From assembly GCA_965649765.1 (NCBI GenBank), contig OZ287752.1, positions 52,576,001 to 52,640,000 on the forward strand: a stretch of DNA of 64,000 bases, read 5' to 3'. Shown one piece after another: positions 1 through 11,239 of this stretch. The notes below the pieces were generated by a model, which worked only from the letters and a program-made list of their open reading frames with translations, was not told the DNA's origin and ran no database searches. A program made the position numbers and the translations under genes. Position 1 is the first letter of the stretch; every line of letters starts with the position of its first letter. This stretch comes from Bispira polyomma. Its lineage: Eukaryota.

Positions 1-215
1 ATTGCTTGCCACATCAATCTTACGTGGTTTGCGTGACCAAATTTGAAATGGTTTGAAATTACAAATTTCTTGCATCTCATCTCTCACTCCAGGTTATGTA
101 TGTTCATATATATCACGTCATCTCCTTCAAATATGACACAAAACCTACGCAAATTAATTTTCAAATGACTCCGAACGTGGCGGCCGCTTGATCTGGGGAA
201 TAACAGATCATTTAC

Positions 216-342
216 CTTTATTCAGTTTAACCACCACTGCCTGTCGGCCATCACTTTTGTGTAAAGTACCAAATTTAATATCTGCAAACCTTCCATTCCC
301 ATTGGATATCATGTCTCCCAAAGTAAGATCATCAGTTGGAAG
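216..342 (-). CDS. Tyrosine-kinase-family gene A, exon encoding subdomains I-II (gene continues off the left edge)
   Basis: AG..GT-bounded 127-nt exon translating LPTDDLTLGDMISNGNGRFADIKFGTLHKSDGRQAVVVKLNK (Gly-rich loop plus VxVK lysine); same phases and motif as gene B exon 16169-16298. Confidence 0.9.
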
Positions 343-457
343 CTGCAAGTAAAATAGAATGCAAACTACTTAGCCTGTATTCAGCAGGTAAACATTAGAA
401 ATTACATATTTGATTTTACAGATCCAATGTACTGGGGCAAATAAGCGTGTTACTTAC

Positions 458-521
458 CATCCATTGGGTGCAGTTGTAAGCCATTTTAATGTTTACATCT
501 TTCTTTATCCAAAAAGTCAGT
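458..521 (-). CDS. Gene A upstream exon, probable start-codon exon (ATG at 484)
   Basis: TTTTTCAG acceptor, ATG|GTAAGT donor; open in frame with the next exon (...KMAYNCTQWM|LPTDDL, resembling the RTK W-x-x-P-x-x-x-L pre-kinase motif); contains AAAATGGCTT. Confidence 0.75.
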
Positions 522-795
522 CTGAAAAACAACACTGAATCTTATTCTCCAATATTTTATGTTGAACAATCTTAAGTCAAACTTAAGTATGGCTTCCCAG
601 TAAGGAAACGTGGACATTAAGAGCTGAGGTTTATGCCTTGATTAGTAGATAGTGTACATGAGCACAAAATTGTAAATAGTCATGAGGTGTGTAAAACCTA
701 TGTATGGTGATCAATGTCAGACTTGTAATTTGCTACTAATGTAGTCGGATTATGGTATTTTAAATATATTCTAAGTTGGTAACCACAACACATGA

Positions 796-1086
796 CATAT
801 ATCTCGTAATTACTACCTATATCTTGTAATTAGAAGATAGTGATATGTCATAATTACGATATAACCTTATGTCGTAATTTCAACATAATGCTATCGCGTA
901 ATTACGACATAAGGTTATGTTGTAATTTCAACATAAGGTTATCTCGTATTTTCAACATAAGGTTATCTTGTAATTTCAACATAAAGAAATCTTTCTCCAT
1001 TATATCAAATCAATCCGAAAATGTAGGTATTTTTATTTATTTTTTTTCATTTATTAAATCAACCTGGATGTTGTAATTACGACATA
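796..1086. repeat. Degenerate ~24-bp minisatellite built on a 20-bp palindrome
   Basis: Repeated units close to TATGTCGTAATTACGACATA-AGGT; explains the periodic ORF 840-1076. Confidence 0.85.
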
Positions 1087-1904
1087 GTACTATCTGACTG
1101 GTGACCTTTCTCTGATTGATTGACAGGTAACTTGTTCTAGTAAACTAATATGTGGGTGGAGCTTATCCTGTTTGAAACAAAGTGCTGGAGTCATAAACTC
1201 CATTGCAATGTTAGGGACCACAACCAATGTATATAGTACCGCTTCTTTTTTATCAACTGTTTGTCTGCCATATGTCTACTTTATGCCACTGCTGCATCTT
1301 AAAATCGTCACAAAGGGGTCTATTTTTTATAAAGGTTTTGACACTGCTAGACATAATCGTTCAACCCTAATCAATCAACAGTTTGTATGAAATTATGATT
1401 TTAGGGTGGTATAAGATCTGACTTGTGATATACACTTCAACGTCCATCATATCATATACACTGCTCTCAGAATGATCCAGTTTATAAATGGCCTCTTAAT
1501 TGAGTTCGAACATCTGAAACTCGAGGTCTTAAAAGAAAATTGGTCTATTGTGGATGCATGCTACATATTTAATGTGTCCTGGATGTAAAGTTGTATCCCA
1601 ATTCACCTGTCAGTTGGCTGCAGATTTACTAAATTCTGATGGTTTTAACAGCAAGAAAGACTAACTTCCTTGTTCCTCTACCAGCGAGCGGTCAAACGTG
1701 ATAGATTGCAAACATGTTGAAGCAATATTAGGCACTGGCCACACCTCTCCATTAAACAGCTACGACTGTACAACATTTGAAATTTTGCTTAAAGTATCTC
1801 AAAGTGAGTATTTCTTGTGCATTCCTTTCCTGACATTATATGTCATCACAATATCATGTATGTCTATAGTACGCTGCCCTGATTATTTTAAACTTAACAG
1901 TAAT

Positions 1905-2247
1905 GGCTCATTCACATTGCAACGAATCCGTATTTATCAAAGAATTCGGCCATATACACGAAACCAGATTTTATACACTTGCAGTACATACACAGTCGAA
2001 ATATTCGGCCGAATCTTGCGCACACATACCACTTTTTCTTACATTTAGATGGTGTTGTTTAATTTCCACTTCCTTTTTTCATCTACCTCAACAATTCGTG
2101 TGAAAATTAGAAAAAAGATTTGTGTAAATTTTGATCCCTACCGAATTTCTAGATCATTATCCTGATTTGTTGCAGTGTGAATGCTCCTGTTAATTTATAC
2201 CAACTAACGAATCTGTATATTCGGATTCGTTGCAATGTGAATGGGCC
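1905..2247. mobile_element. MITE, PIF/Harbinger-ISL2EU-like
   Basis: 26-bp TIRs GGCTCATTCACATTGCAACGAATCCG / CGGATTCGTTGCAATGTGAATGGGCC (1 mismatch), flanked by AT on both sides. Confidence 0.8.
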
Positions 2248-4740
2248 ATTAGTATTGTTACCCAGTAGTAAGTAGTGATAAAGTAAGACTGTTTTTGTTA
2301 TATTTGGATCTCTTGCAGATTCATTATAAAAACGTCATCAAGCATCACAAAAACTTCATGAAATGACACCAAAATGAAACGTAACAAAACATCATGAAAG
2401 GTCACAACACATCATGAAATGTATAACAAACTTAAGTATTCGTACTAGTAACGTTACTGGATGTTATTGGATGTTACTGGACGTCCCTCAACAAGACTAA
2501 ATACTGAAAATGACATCATAATAAACACGTTTTCACTACTGAATCCTAGCTACGTATTGACATAATATAGACGTTAGGGTACAATGTTCTGTGTAGGTGT
2601 GACCGGGCCATTAAACCCAAACAAAACCTAAATGTTATGTCAATGTCTCGGTAAAAAGAAAATTAGTCAGGAGTTATCCAAAGCATCACAATAAACACTT
2701 AAATAAATCAATACAAAACTAAATTTTTAAGTTACACCAATCCCTAGATTTAATAGAAACAGTGTTATACCTAAAACGGTCATTCCCTTACTTTGAAATT
2801 GTATTCTACAATTAATATGTTATATAATAGTGAAATTTATGTAAAAAAACCCAACCCACTAGCACATTAGGGAATTTCGAAAAGATAGTACAGACATATC
2901 TAACATATCAAGTACAAATTGTACTGGGAATTTGCATTCAGGATATATAGTAGTAGTAAAATAAATTGACATACCTGTATCAATTTGTAAGCATACAATC
3001 CATTATTGCTTATATGTGGAATATCCAACTTGTATGAATGTATATCTCTATGCATGTCACTGACAACATAGAAAATGAAATTATAGGGTTCTTCATGTCT
3101 TGTTAAAAGATCCAAGTGTTAGAGAGTATTCAATAAACAAGGAAGTTTAACACTGTGTACACCATAAGCATAATTATAAACACACGAGGCATTCAGTCAC
3201 CTCTTAAACACAAGCCTTTTCAACTGGAGTCACGAATGAACACAGTTTACTTAACATGTACATTAAATGTCCCCAGTAATACAACATATACACTTAATAT
3301 GTTTTATATATGTAGTCATTATATTGATTTCTTTTTTACTTAAAGCCATGCACATGAATACTAAGATCATCACAAACTGTTTTAACAAGCCCTGGGCGTT
3401 GGAGAGGGTTTCATGCATACAATTATTTACACCAAATATTTAATTCAACTATAGAAAGGGTTTGAAACATATAATAAATAAAAAATATATAAATACATTA
3501 CAGCCCACATAAGTTCAAAGCATTACAGAAAATGGCAGTCTAAATAAGACAGGTATTTATAACACACAGGACCTGACCATAGCAAAGATGGTTTACTGTA
3601 AATATTCCTCGTAAATAAACCTAACTTTTTACAAAATCAAATATTGATAAGCTACCTTAAACTAGTTCACACATACCTGCATTTATTAGATATCCAGAAA
3701 GCTGTAAAATATATTTGACTAAAATTGAAGGTGAAATGTCAGTGAAATGCTGATGATAAAAAGTGACAAGTGAATGTAATTTTATAAGAATATTTTACAA
3801 AAGTTTATCTCGAGAGAATACAAATCGAGACCAGTCGATTTTATAGGCCGAGGATCATAAGCCTCCACTCTCTTACAGACCAGGAAGTAATTTAACGCTG
3901 TTTAAGAATCAATTTGACATAAATTATTGCATAGTAGGTACATATTTTTTTTCTCAAAAACCCGTTTATGTTAGTGATGTAGTCTTCAACTGATCTACTA
4001 CTTGGCTTCAAAAAAAAACAACAACAAATAAATGTCTGCTTGAGAGTGAAATAAATTAGAAGGGCACATTATGTTATTTGGGTGTGTGCTGATATATATA
4101 TCTTACAGTAATTAAGGAATCAAATATAGCCAAAGGCAATGATAGGAGGTGACTTATACCTTGATTTTTTTCTGCCACATGACAACCAAATGTTCCAGAG
4201 TCAATTTTAATTATCGAACAAGCTAAAAATAGATAATAATAATATGCAAGGTAGTCCGAAGGGGCTAGCAGGGTCAGTGTTAGTTAGGGACTTTGTTAAG
4301 AACTTTTCTGGTCTGTATGACCTCAGCTTTGATTGGCTCTTATTAACCTAATTTACACAGATATTTGCGCCAAATAGCTTAAGGGATTCACTTAATAAAC
4401 TAAAGTGAACAGGGCAACTCACCATTTTATAATACAAACATTTTACTTTTAAATTATTTTATTTTTACATTTATGTGTCACTTATGTGTCATCTGGGAAA
4501 TCTGATACCTCAAGGATATTCAACTGAAGTTTGCTGATCTTACTGGAGTGTTACGGACAACCATAAGCTTTGATATATGCGAATATTGCTCTGCTGTTTG
4601 TGGGAGCAAATTGTTGGGGGGAGTTTTTTTGTGGTCAAAATTGTAATTTTTTTTCCACACTCCGCAAATATCAAAGCACATCTTCGTTTATGTTCTCTTT
4701 CAGTGACTTAAACTAATGATTATAGTGGACAAATAATGAG

Positions 4741-5886
4741 ATGGCACCACATAGACTCTATAAATGTTCGGCTTGTGACACAAAGCACATAAAGTCCATA
4801 AATGGACAATGCCCTTGGCAAGACATAGGAAGTGACATTGAAATAGAAAGTCAAAGTGATAATGCTATTTTGGCTGCAGAATTTAACTTACGGATACACC
4901 AAGAGTTCAAAGAGCTTGGGAGTAGAATGGAAAAAGTGGAGAAATGGGTGGACACTGCTGAACAGTTTAGTAAAGCTTCCCGTGAAAGTATAACGGCAAC
5001 TGTGCCCGAAATAATAAACAATCTGTTAGTAGCACACAAAAACTGCAGCAGCAACCATCGGTTGCCACACAGACACCAGGCATTTGGCAGGCAGCAGGCA
5101 GTGCAGCAACCCCAAGAGCAGGCATTTGGCAGGCAGCAGGCTTTGCGGCAGACCCAAGACATGCAGGCATTTGGCAGGCAGCAGAACCAGTGGCCCACAG
5201 ATGCTGAGGACCTGGTCGTCCTCTCCATCCCAATCTTGAGACAGTCAGACCAACTTCAGATGGCAATCGATTCTAGACTTCAAGACTTGCAAAGGATTAA
5301 TGAAACAGGTAATTTCAAGTCCCAGAGGAGAGGGGGGGGGGGGTTACTGAGACATTATGGGTATAGCAACATGTTCCCTGGCCCAAATATTTTATTCTGG
5401 GAGGGCAAATCGAATGTCATACGACAATCTTTCCATGGCCCAGTGGGTTTCCGGGTTTAGTGCCATAATAAAAGAAGAGACAAATCTAGAAATTAAAAAT
5501 GCAGTGCTAGAATACCTTTCAGAAATGATGGAGGATAGCCACGACTTTAGTTGGTCCACTGCCAAAGGCAGTCATGCCATCCTCCTATGTAAAATGGAGT
5601 AGTCAAAATCTCTTGGCGCAAAACACATAAAATTGACAGAGTCAGAAGAGCTCATGCTCAGAAAAATGTACCTGTTCAAAATTCTTCCCAATCAAGTAAG
5701 CATAGCAGTAGTAAAGGCATGCCCTGTAGATTCTTTCAAAAAGGAACATGTCCGCATAAAAGTGGCCACGAATCAAGCGGTAAGTTGTATACTCATGTGT
5801 GTGCGACCTTTTCTGCTATGGGTAAAAACTTCCCTCACCCCGAAAATGACTGCAGAATAAAGGCTGCTGGGGCACAAAACGAATGA
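4741..5886 (+). pseudogene. E1 ORF1, gag-like (frameshift at the G-run near 5335, internal stop near 5600)
   Basis: N-terminal C-x2-C-x3-H-x7-C finger, coiled-coil-like segment, FSWSTAKGSHAILLCKME motif, C-terminal Cys/His cluster; homologous to 61002-61971. Confidence 0.85.
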
Positions 5887-8200
5887 GGCACTGCAAAACA
5901 GCAGTGCAACCAATCTCCATTTAGAATTGTTTAGATAACATAAGTGATTCGGAAAACAGAACAAGTCCCACATTTTCTAGAATTGTTTCTAACTCTTGTA
6001 ATGGTAATGGTTCGAACTACAACTGGAGAGCTGATTAGGCGAAATTTACAAATAAAACATATGCACAAGTTGTGCAACAGGTTAGTAGGCAGAAAAGGGG
6101 ATACAAAAGTAATTTAAACAAAACACAGCCTCCCCAGTCATGGTTCCACAACCACAATAAATGTAAAAAAATGTGAAAATGTACATAATAATGTGTCTAA
6201 AAGTCATAATACAAAGAAAAGGGGCTTTAGTAAGCTGCCTAGGTGTCAAACACCAATTACTAAAAACAAAAGGGTTATAGTCAAGAACTGCTTTGAACCA
6301 ATTCTTTCTCTGAACAAAACAATTCCCATTCAGAGTGTCATAGGTGAGTGCCCACACAATAACAGGACTGATGAACCAGTAAGGGTAAACACAGATACTT
6401 GTGCAGTACAAGAGGACAAGTACAACCTCCAACTCCAAGTGAAACATAGACACAAGGAAATAGTTGCAAGGGCTAAAAATGAGGAAACGTTTAAAAAATG
6501 GAATAGCCAGACACGAGGTAAGTTCGGATTCATTTCACTAAGTAAACTCATAAATCCTAGCACTGAAAGTTTTACAGACCTCTCGACTATTGAAATGCAC
6601 AAAGAGGTAAAAGATGGGAAACGGTAATTTTTTTTGAAAAAACAACTAGTGGTACACTCACAACTAAATTATGTGCATTAGAAAGACCTCCTACAAGACT
6701 ATTTGGACACACAGTTACCCTATTTGATTCGATATGGGTTTCCATTAGACTTTGACAGAAATTGTGAGTTAAACCATAAGGCACAAAATCACTCATCAGC
6801 TTGCAAGTTTACAGAAGACGTTAAGGCATATTTGAAAGAGGAGAAAGACCATGGGGCAATTTGGGGTCCGTTTAACTGACCTCCAATAGAAGGTTTGCAT
6901 ACATCACCATTTATGACCAGGAAAAAGCCGGGCGCCCCTCATAGAAGGGTCATAATTGATCTGAGCTTTCCTCACGGGCAATCAGTCAATGCAGCAATAG
7001 GTCAAAATCAATACCTATGCACAGACTTCCTGCTAATGCTCCCAGCAATTGATGACATTACAAATGAGATCCTCAAATTGGGTAAAAACGCATTAATTTA
7101 CAAATTAGACATAAGTTGCGCTTTTCGTCATGTCAAATTAGATCCAGCAGACTATGATTTTTTAGGCCTGAAGTTAGATAAATATTATGTTGACACATGC
7201 CTACCATTTGCTATAGACACGGAAGTGTAATATTTCAACATTTAAGTGACGCAATGCGGTACTTCATGCGCACCAAAGGCTATAACATAATAAATTATAT
7301 AGATGACGTCATTGGGTACGTCCACGACGCATATGACGCACTGTACAAATTAGTCCAAGAACTAGGTTTTTCAGTAAGTGCAAAGAAACTGGTAGCACCA
7401 AGCAATAGGGTAACGTGCCTATGTGTACTAATTGACACAGAAAAATTCACCATTTAAGTTCCTCCAGATAAACTGACGCAAACGTTGCAATTTTGTGATA
7501 ACTGGATAGGAAAAAAGGAATTCTCCAAACGAGAGCTGCAATCATTGTTAGGCTCATTGCTTTATATATCCAAATGCATCCATATAGCAATAATCTTTCT
7601 TTACAGGATGCTGGACGTACTCTGTAGCGCCCCTGACACAAAAGGTATAACATTAGAACTTCCATTTTTCCAAGATCTGAATTGGTTCACCAAGTTCACT
7701 AGAACATTCAATGGTAAGGCATTTTTCGACCATAGCCCAGTCATTGACCAGATCGAACTGGACGCCTGCCGAACAGGATTAGGTAGCAGATGCAATAATG
7801 TAGTATATACCAAAATGCTCCCACTTCACTATCTACAACTTAATATTGCTCATTTAGAGATGCTAAATATTCTAGTGGCCCTTAGGCTCTGGAAGAACAC
7901 ATGGCAAGGTAAAAAGTTAGTAGTACACTGCGACAACCAAGCAGTAGTCACCATCCTTAACTTGGTTAAAATAAAGACTTAACCCTAGCAGCCATTGCGA
8001 GCAATATCTTTACGGAAGTGGCAAACGCAGACATTAACTTAAGGCCTGTACACATATTAGGCAAGCTCAATGTGACAGCTGACTTGTTGTCTGGATGGCA
8101 TAAAACCCCTGATCCAAATACTAAATTACAACAATTAGTGTCGGAACCCCAATGGGTAGAAGTGTCAGATGACATTTTGAGTATTGACTGGAGTATTTAA
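5874..8200 (+). pseudogene. E1 ORF2, reverse transcriptase and RNase H (many frameshifts)
   Basis: RRVIIDLSFP, YKLDISCAFRH, CLPF, INYIDD, ELDACRTGLG, LEMLNILVAL, HCDNQAVV, NVTADLLS motifs. Confidence 0.9.
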
Positions 8201-8210
8201 TCTATTTCAG

Positions 8211-9179
8211 ATGTATCACCCCTGGTGTGTCAATTAGCTGATCAGACAGCACACCAGGCCTTTAGGCCTGCCACACAGCTGACATATCAAAGCATGTTTG
8301 GGGTATTTGTAGCTTATACCATATTTGCATTAATATCAACCATATCTCTTCAACAGTGTTACTTTCATTTCTGCAAGTCTTGGTAACAAGCAAAGTTCCC
8401 CAGCCCTCAATCGCCAACTATTTGGCTGCTATTAAAGCAAAGCTTAGTTTATATGGAATTGATGTCTCGGCTTTCTGAGACCAAAGTCTCAAGTACTTTC
8501 AAAAAGCTCTGGTTTTGCAAAGACCTTTTAGAGCAAAAATTAACAAAGCAATCGACATCTCTCTCCTTACTCAAATAGTGCAAATCGGTGACAGTATGGG
8601 CCAAATTTTTAAGTCAGCTTATTTGCTAGCCTTCTTTTCTTTTCTCAGAATATCAAATTTAGTACCTCACACTCTAAATTCATTCAACCCATTAGAACAA
8701 TTATCCAGGGCGGACGTGTTTTTTGCTCCATCTGGCCTGCACATAATAGTTAAGTGGTCCAAAACCTTACAGTATAGGAATTCTATCAGAATTATTAAGG
8801 TTCCATGCATACATAACTCGATACTATGTCCAGTGGTTGCCATAAAAAACACCTTAGCCCTTTCACCTGGGAGTCAAAACTGGCCTCTATTTGAGTTTAA
8901 AAGTACAATGGGTTGGGTCTCACTTACAGACTCAAAGTAAGGCACAACCTTAAGCAAATCCTTTCAAGACTAAATTTGTCAGATTCTCCTATTACATTTC
9001 GTGACTTTAGGCATTCTGGGGCCACAGTGGCATTAAACAATCACGTTCCCCTCCAAGACATTCAAAGCCAAGGCATATGGACATCTGAGTGTGTGTGGAA
9101 ATACATTACAAAAGACAATAATGCCTCAGACCAGGTGGCCTTGGCTTTTCAAAAACTACTTTCCAACCCTACTTCCTAA
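8211..9179 (+). pseudogene. E1 ORF3, tyrosine recombinase
   Basis: AFRPATQLTY N-terminus, FFSFLRISNL (catalytic R), KWSKT, CPV, FRHSGAT (HxxR box, degenerate), QGIWTSECVWKY (catalytic Y). Confidence 0.9.
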
Positions 9180-11032
9180 TTCGGGTTTGGTGCTCTTTTT
9201 TGATCATTTATATACTCAAAATACTATATTCATGTATAGACTAAGGTCACCTTTAAGTATTAAACGTAAACTCAAATCTAATCTAAAATCACTAAGGTTA
9301 CCCTACCTTAAATCCCCATCTTAATTTAAGGTGGCCTTAAAACTGCATCTGGCACCTAAGGCTAAGATGACCTTAACCTCAAACTTAAGTTTTCATTTTA
9401 ACTTAATCTCAATAAATGGTGACTTTACGACCATCTTAAACCTGGTGACCTTAGTCTCTCAGCGGGTACATAAACTTAGAGTAACAAGTAGAATAAACTA
9501 ATAATCCCAACGGCTGTTATTACTGTGTTATAAACCAACTCAAGGTCACCTTAGGACACTAGAATATTTATATAGCTCAGAATCCACTTGATATCATCAA
9601 GTGATCGGCTTTACAACATTTCGAACATAGATATACGGATTAAAGTCACAATGAAAACTGAATTGGCAAATATAGTTGAAAGGTTAAAAGCCAGATTGAA
9701 AATATATATTTTTAGTTGTTTGTGAAAGCTATTAGTGATCTAACGTCCTTGTAGCAGTTTGGTTCCAGAGTTTTAATGTCGCAACACTCTAAGTGCGGTC
9801 TTCGTGTGAGATAAGCATACTAAGATAAACTATTTTTATTGATATTGTAATGTGCATTCCTGGTAAACACGGCTTTATGTAGTTTTTGTCTGTGTAATAT
9901 ATACTGCACTACCCTTCGCTACAAAAAAAGGACTTGTGTATATATATATAATTTTATTCTACATATATTACTGATGTATTCACAACATCGTATACATGAT
10001 GCCAAAGATGACTTTACAGAGCAACATTGAAGTTTAAATGTAATAAACAGTTAAAGTACATTTAAATAGTCATAGGAAGTCAAAATTTACCAGTTGACTA
10101 AGTAGTATTGTATATTACCTTTCATATTCGGGCGGTCAAAACACAATTATGTTTACCAATTCCAGAATGAGGAATGTCATGCAGATTTAAAGCTATATGG
10201 GTATCACACAGCAAAGTAAGGCTAATATTTGGATTTGATGCCAAAAGTGACTTATAGTGGTGCTAGATCTAGGCCTACTAGATATAGAATATTATTAGGT
10301 TATTAGAATAACCGTGAACTTGGTAAATTATTACATAGTAAGTTTATGTACTAAACTGAGTGAAAAACAACAACCAGGTAAAAAGAAACTGTAAGCAGTT
10401 AAACTAGCCCATGAACTACGATAGTAAAATTACTGGAAGTAACCCCTAAGGTTATGCATATACAACAAGCCTAGCTAAGTGTCACCGGCATGACTAATAA
10501 CTGTAAGATATACGAAAAGAGGTGCTAAATGCTAAGCTGTACTGCACATCTAATTCAATGTAAGCAACCCTAATGTATCTTCCCCATGTCTTTACTTTAT
10601 TCTTTACTCTTGCTACCAATTGTCTTGTTTCTTCTTTTCCTATATAACACCTCATCTGCAATATTCTTGTTCGCTACTCAAGTTTAAATTATTATAGTAC
10701 ATCTGTTTCATTTTCCTGTATTTACCGAAAACAATGGAACCTGTATGGATTTACTAGAATGCAAAATACTAAACTTTTAGTGTAAAATATTTTCAATGTT
10801 ACTTATCTTTCATATGTAAGAACAAATGAACAAACACACAATTAATTATTTTAGAAAAAATTCTTAAACATTAAGTTAGCATCGGTCATAGCTTATAAAA
10901 TATCCCAATAATATCTCTTGTTCAGGGACGGAAAATATAAAAAATTCTCACACACACTAAAATATTTGACGAAGGAATTTACGTTAACATTTTAAAGTTC
11001 AGTACGACACATATTACGTAACAGTGATTTGC

Positions 11033-11186
11033 TTAAGTTGGGTGCAGATATCCATCATCAATGTCCTGAACATACTGATGTGTGTCTCTTCCATCAATGT
11101 ACATCTTCAATGCAGTGATAATTGTCTCAAAGTCAGGCCTGTCTTTTGGATTAGATGACCAACAAGGCTTTACAATTTTCTCATAC
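11033..11186 (-). CDS. Gene B terminal exon (subdomain XI and tail)
   Basis: YEKIVKPCWSSNPKDRPDFETIITALKMYIDGRDTHQYVQDIDDGYLHPT-stop; the phase-2 junction with the previous exon makes TT|G (Leu). Confidence 0.9.
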
Positions 11187-11239
11187 CTTTAAATAAAGAA
11201 AATAAAAGCCACGTGAAACAAAAGGCACAAACTGATTTA

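Larger units (their letters stand above)
4245..9560 (+). mobile_element. Ngaro/DIRS-type YR retrotransposon copy E1 (near full length, degraded)
   Basis: ORF1 (gag-like), RT (NYIDD), RNase H and YR in that order; no methyltransferase after RNase H, favouring Ngaro over DIRS1/PAT; 5' end motif shared with E2 and E6; ends approximate. Confidence 0.9.

Noticed and set aside
840-1076. Periodic 78-aa ORF
   Set aside because: Translation of the minisatellite
796-1086. CRISPR-like array of palindromic repeats
   Set aside because: No unique spacers, units abut, no cas genes, eukaryotic context
3750-3780. Other CTGANGA matches (e.g. ~3750, ~29812, ~57100, ~60630) as hammerheads
   Set aside because: No pairing stem II followed by GAAA
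9680-9830. Possible LINE 3' end remnant on the minus strand (KLWN..FHKQLKIYIF)
   Set aside because: Too short and degraded to call
10650-10716. Possible extra terminal exon (KMKQMYYNNLNLSSEQEYCR)
   Set aside because: Gene B already terminates upstream and no supporting donor or homology was found
216-11186. A and B as one protein with two kinase domains
   Set aside because: B has a stop at 11033-11035 after a normal tail, and A has its own candidate ATG exon
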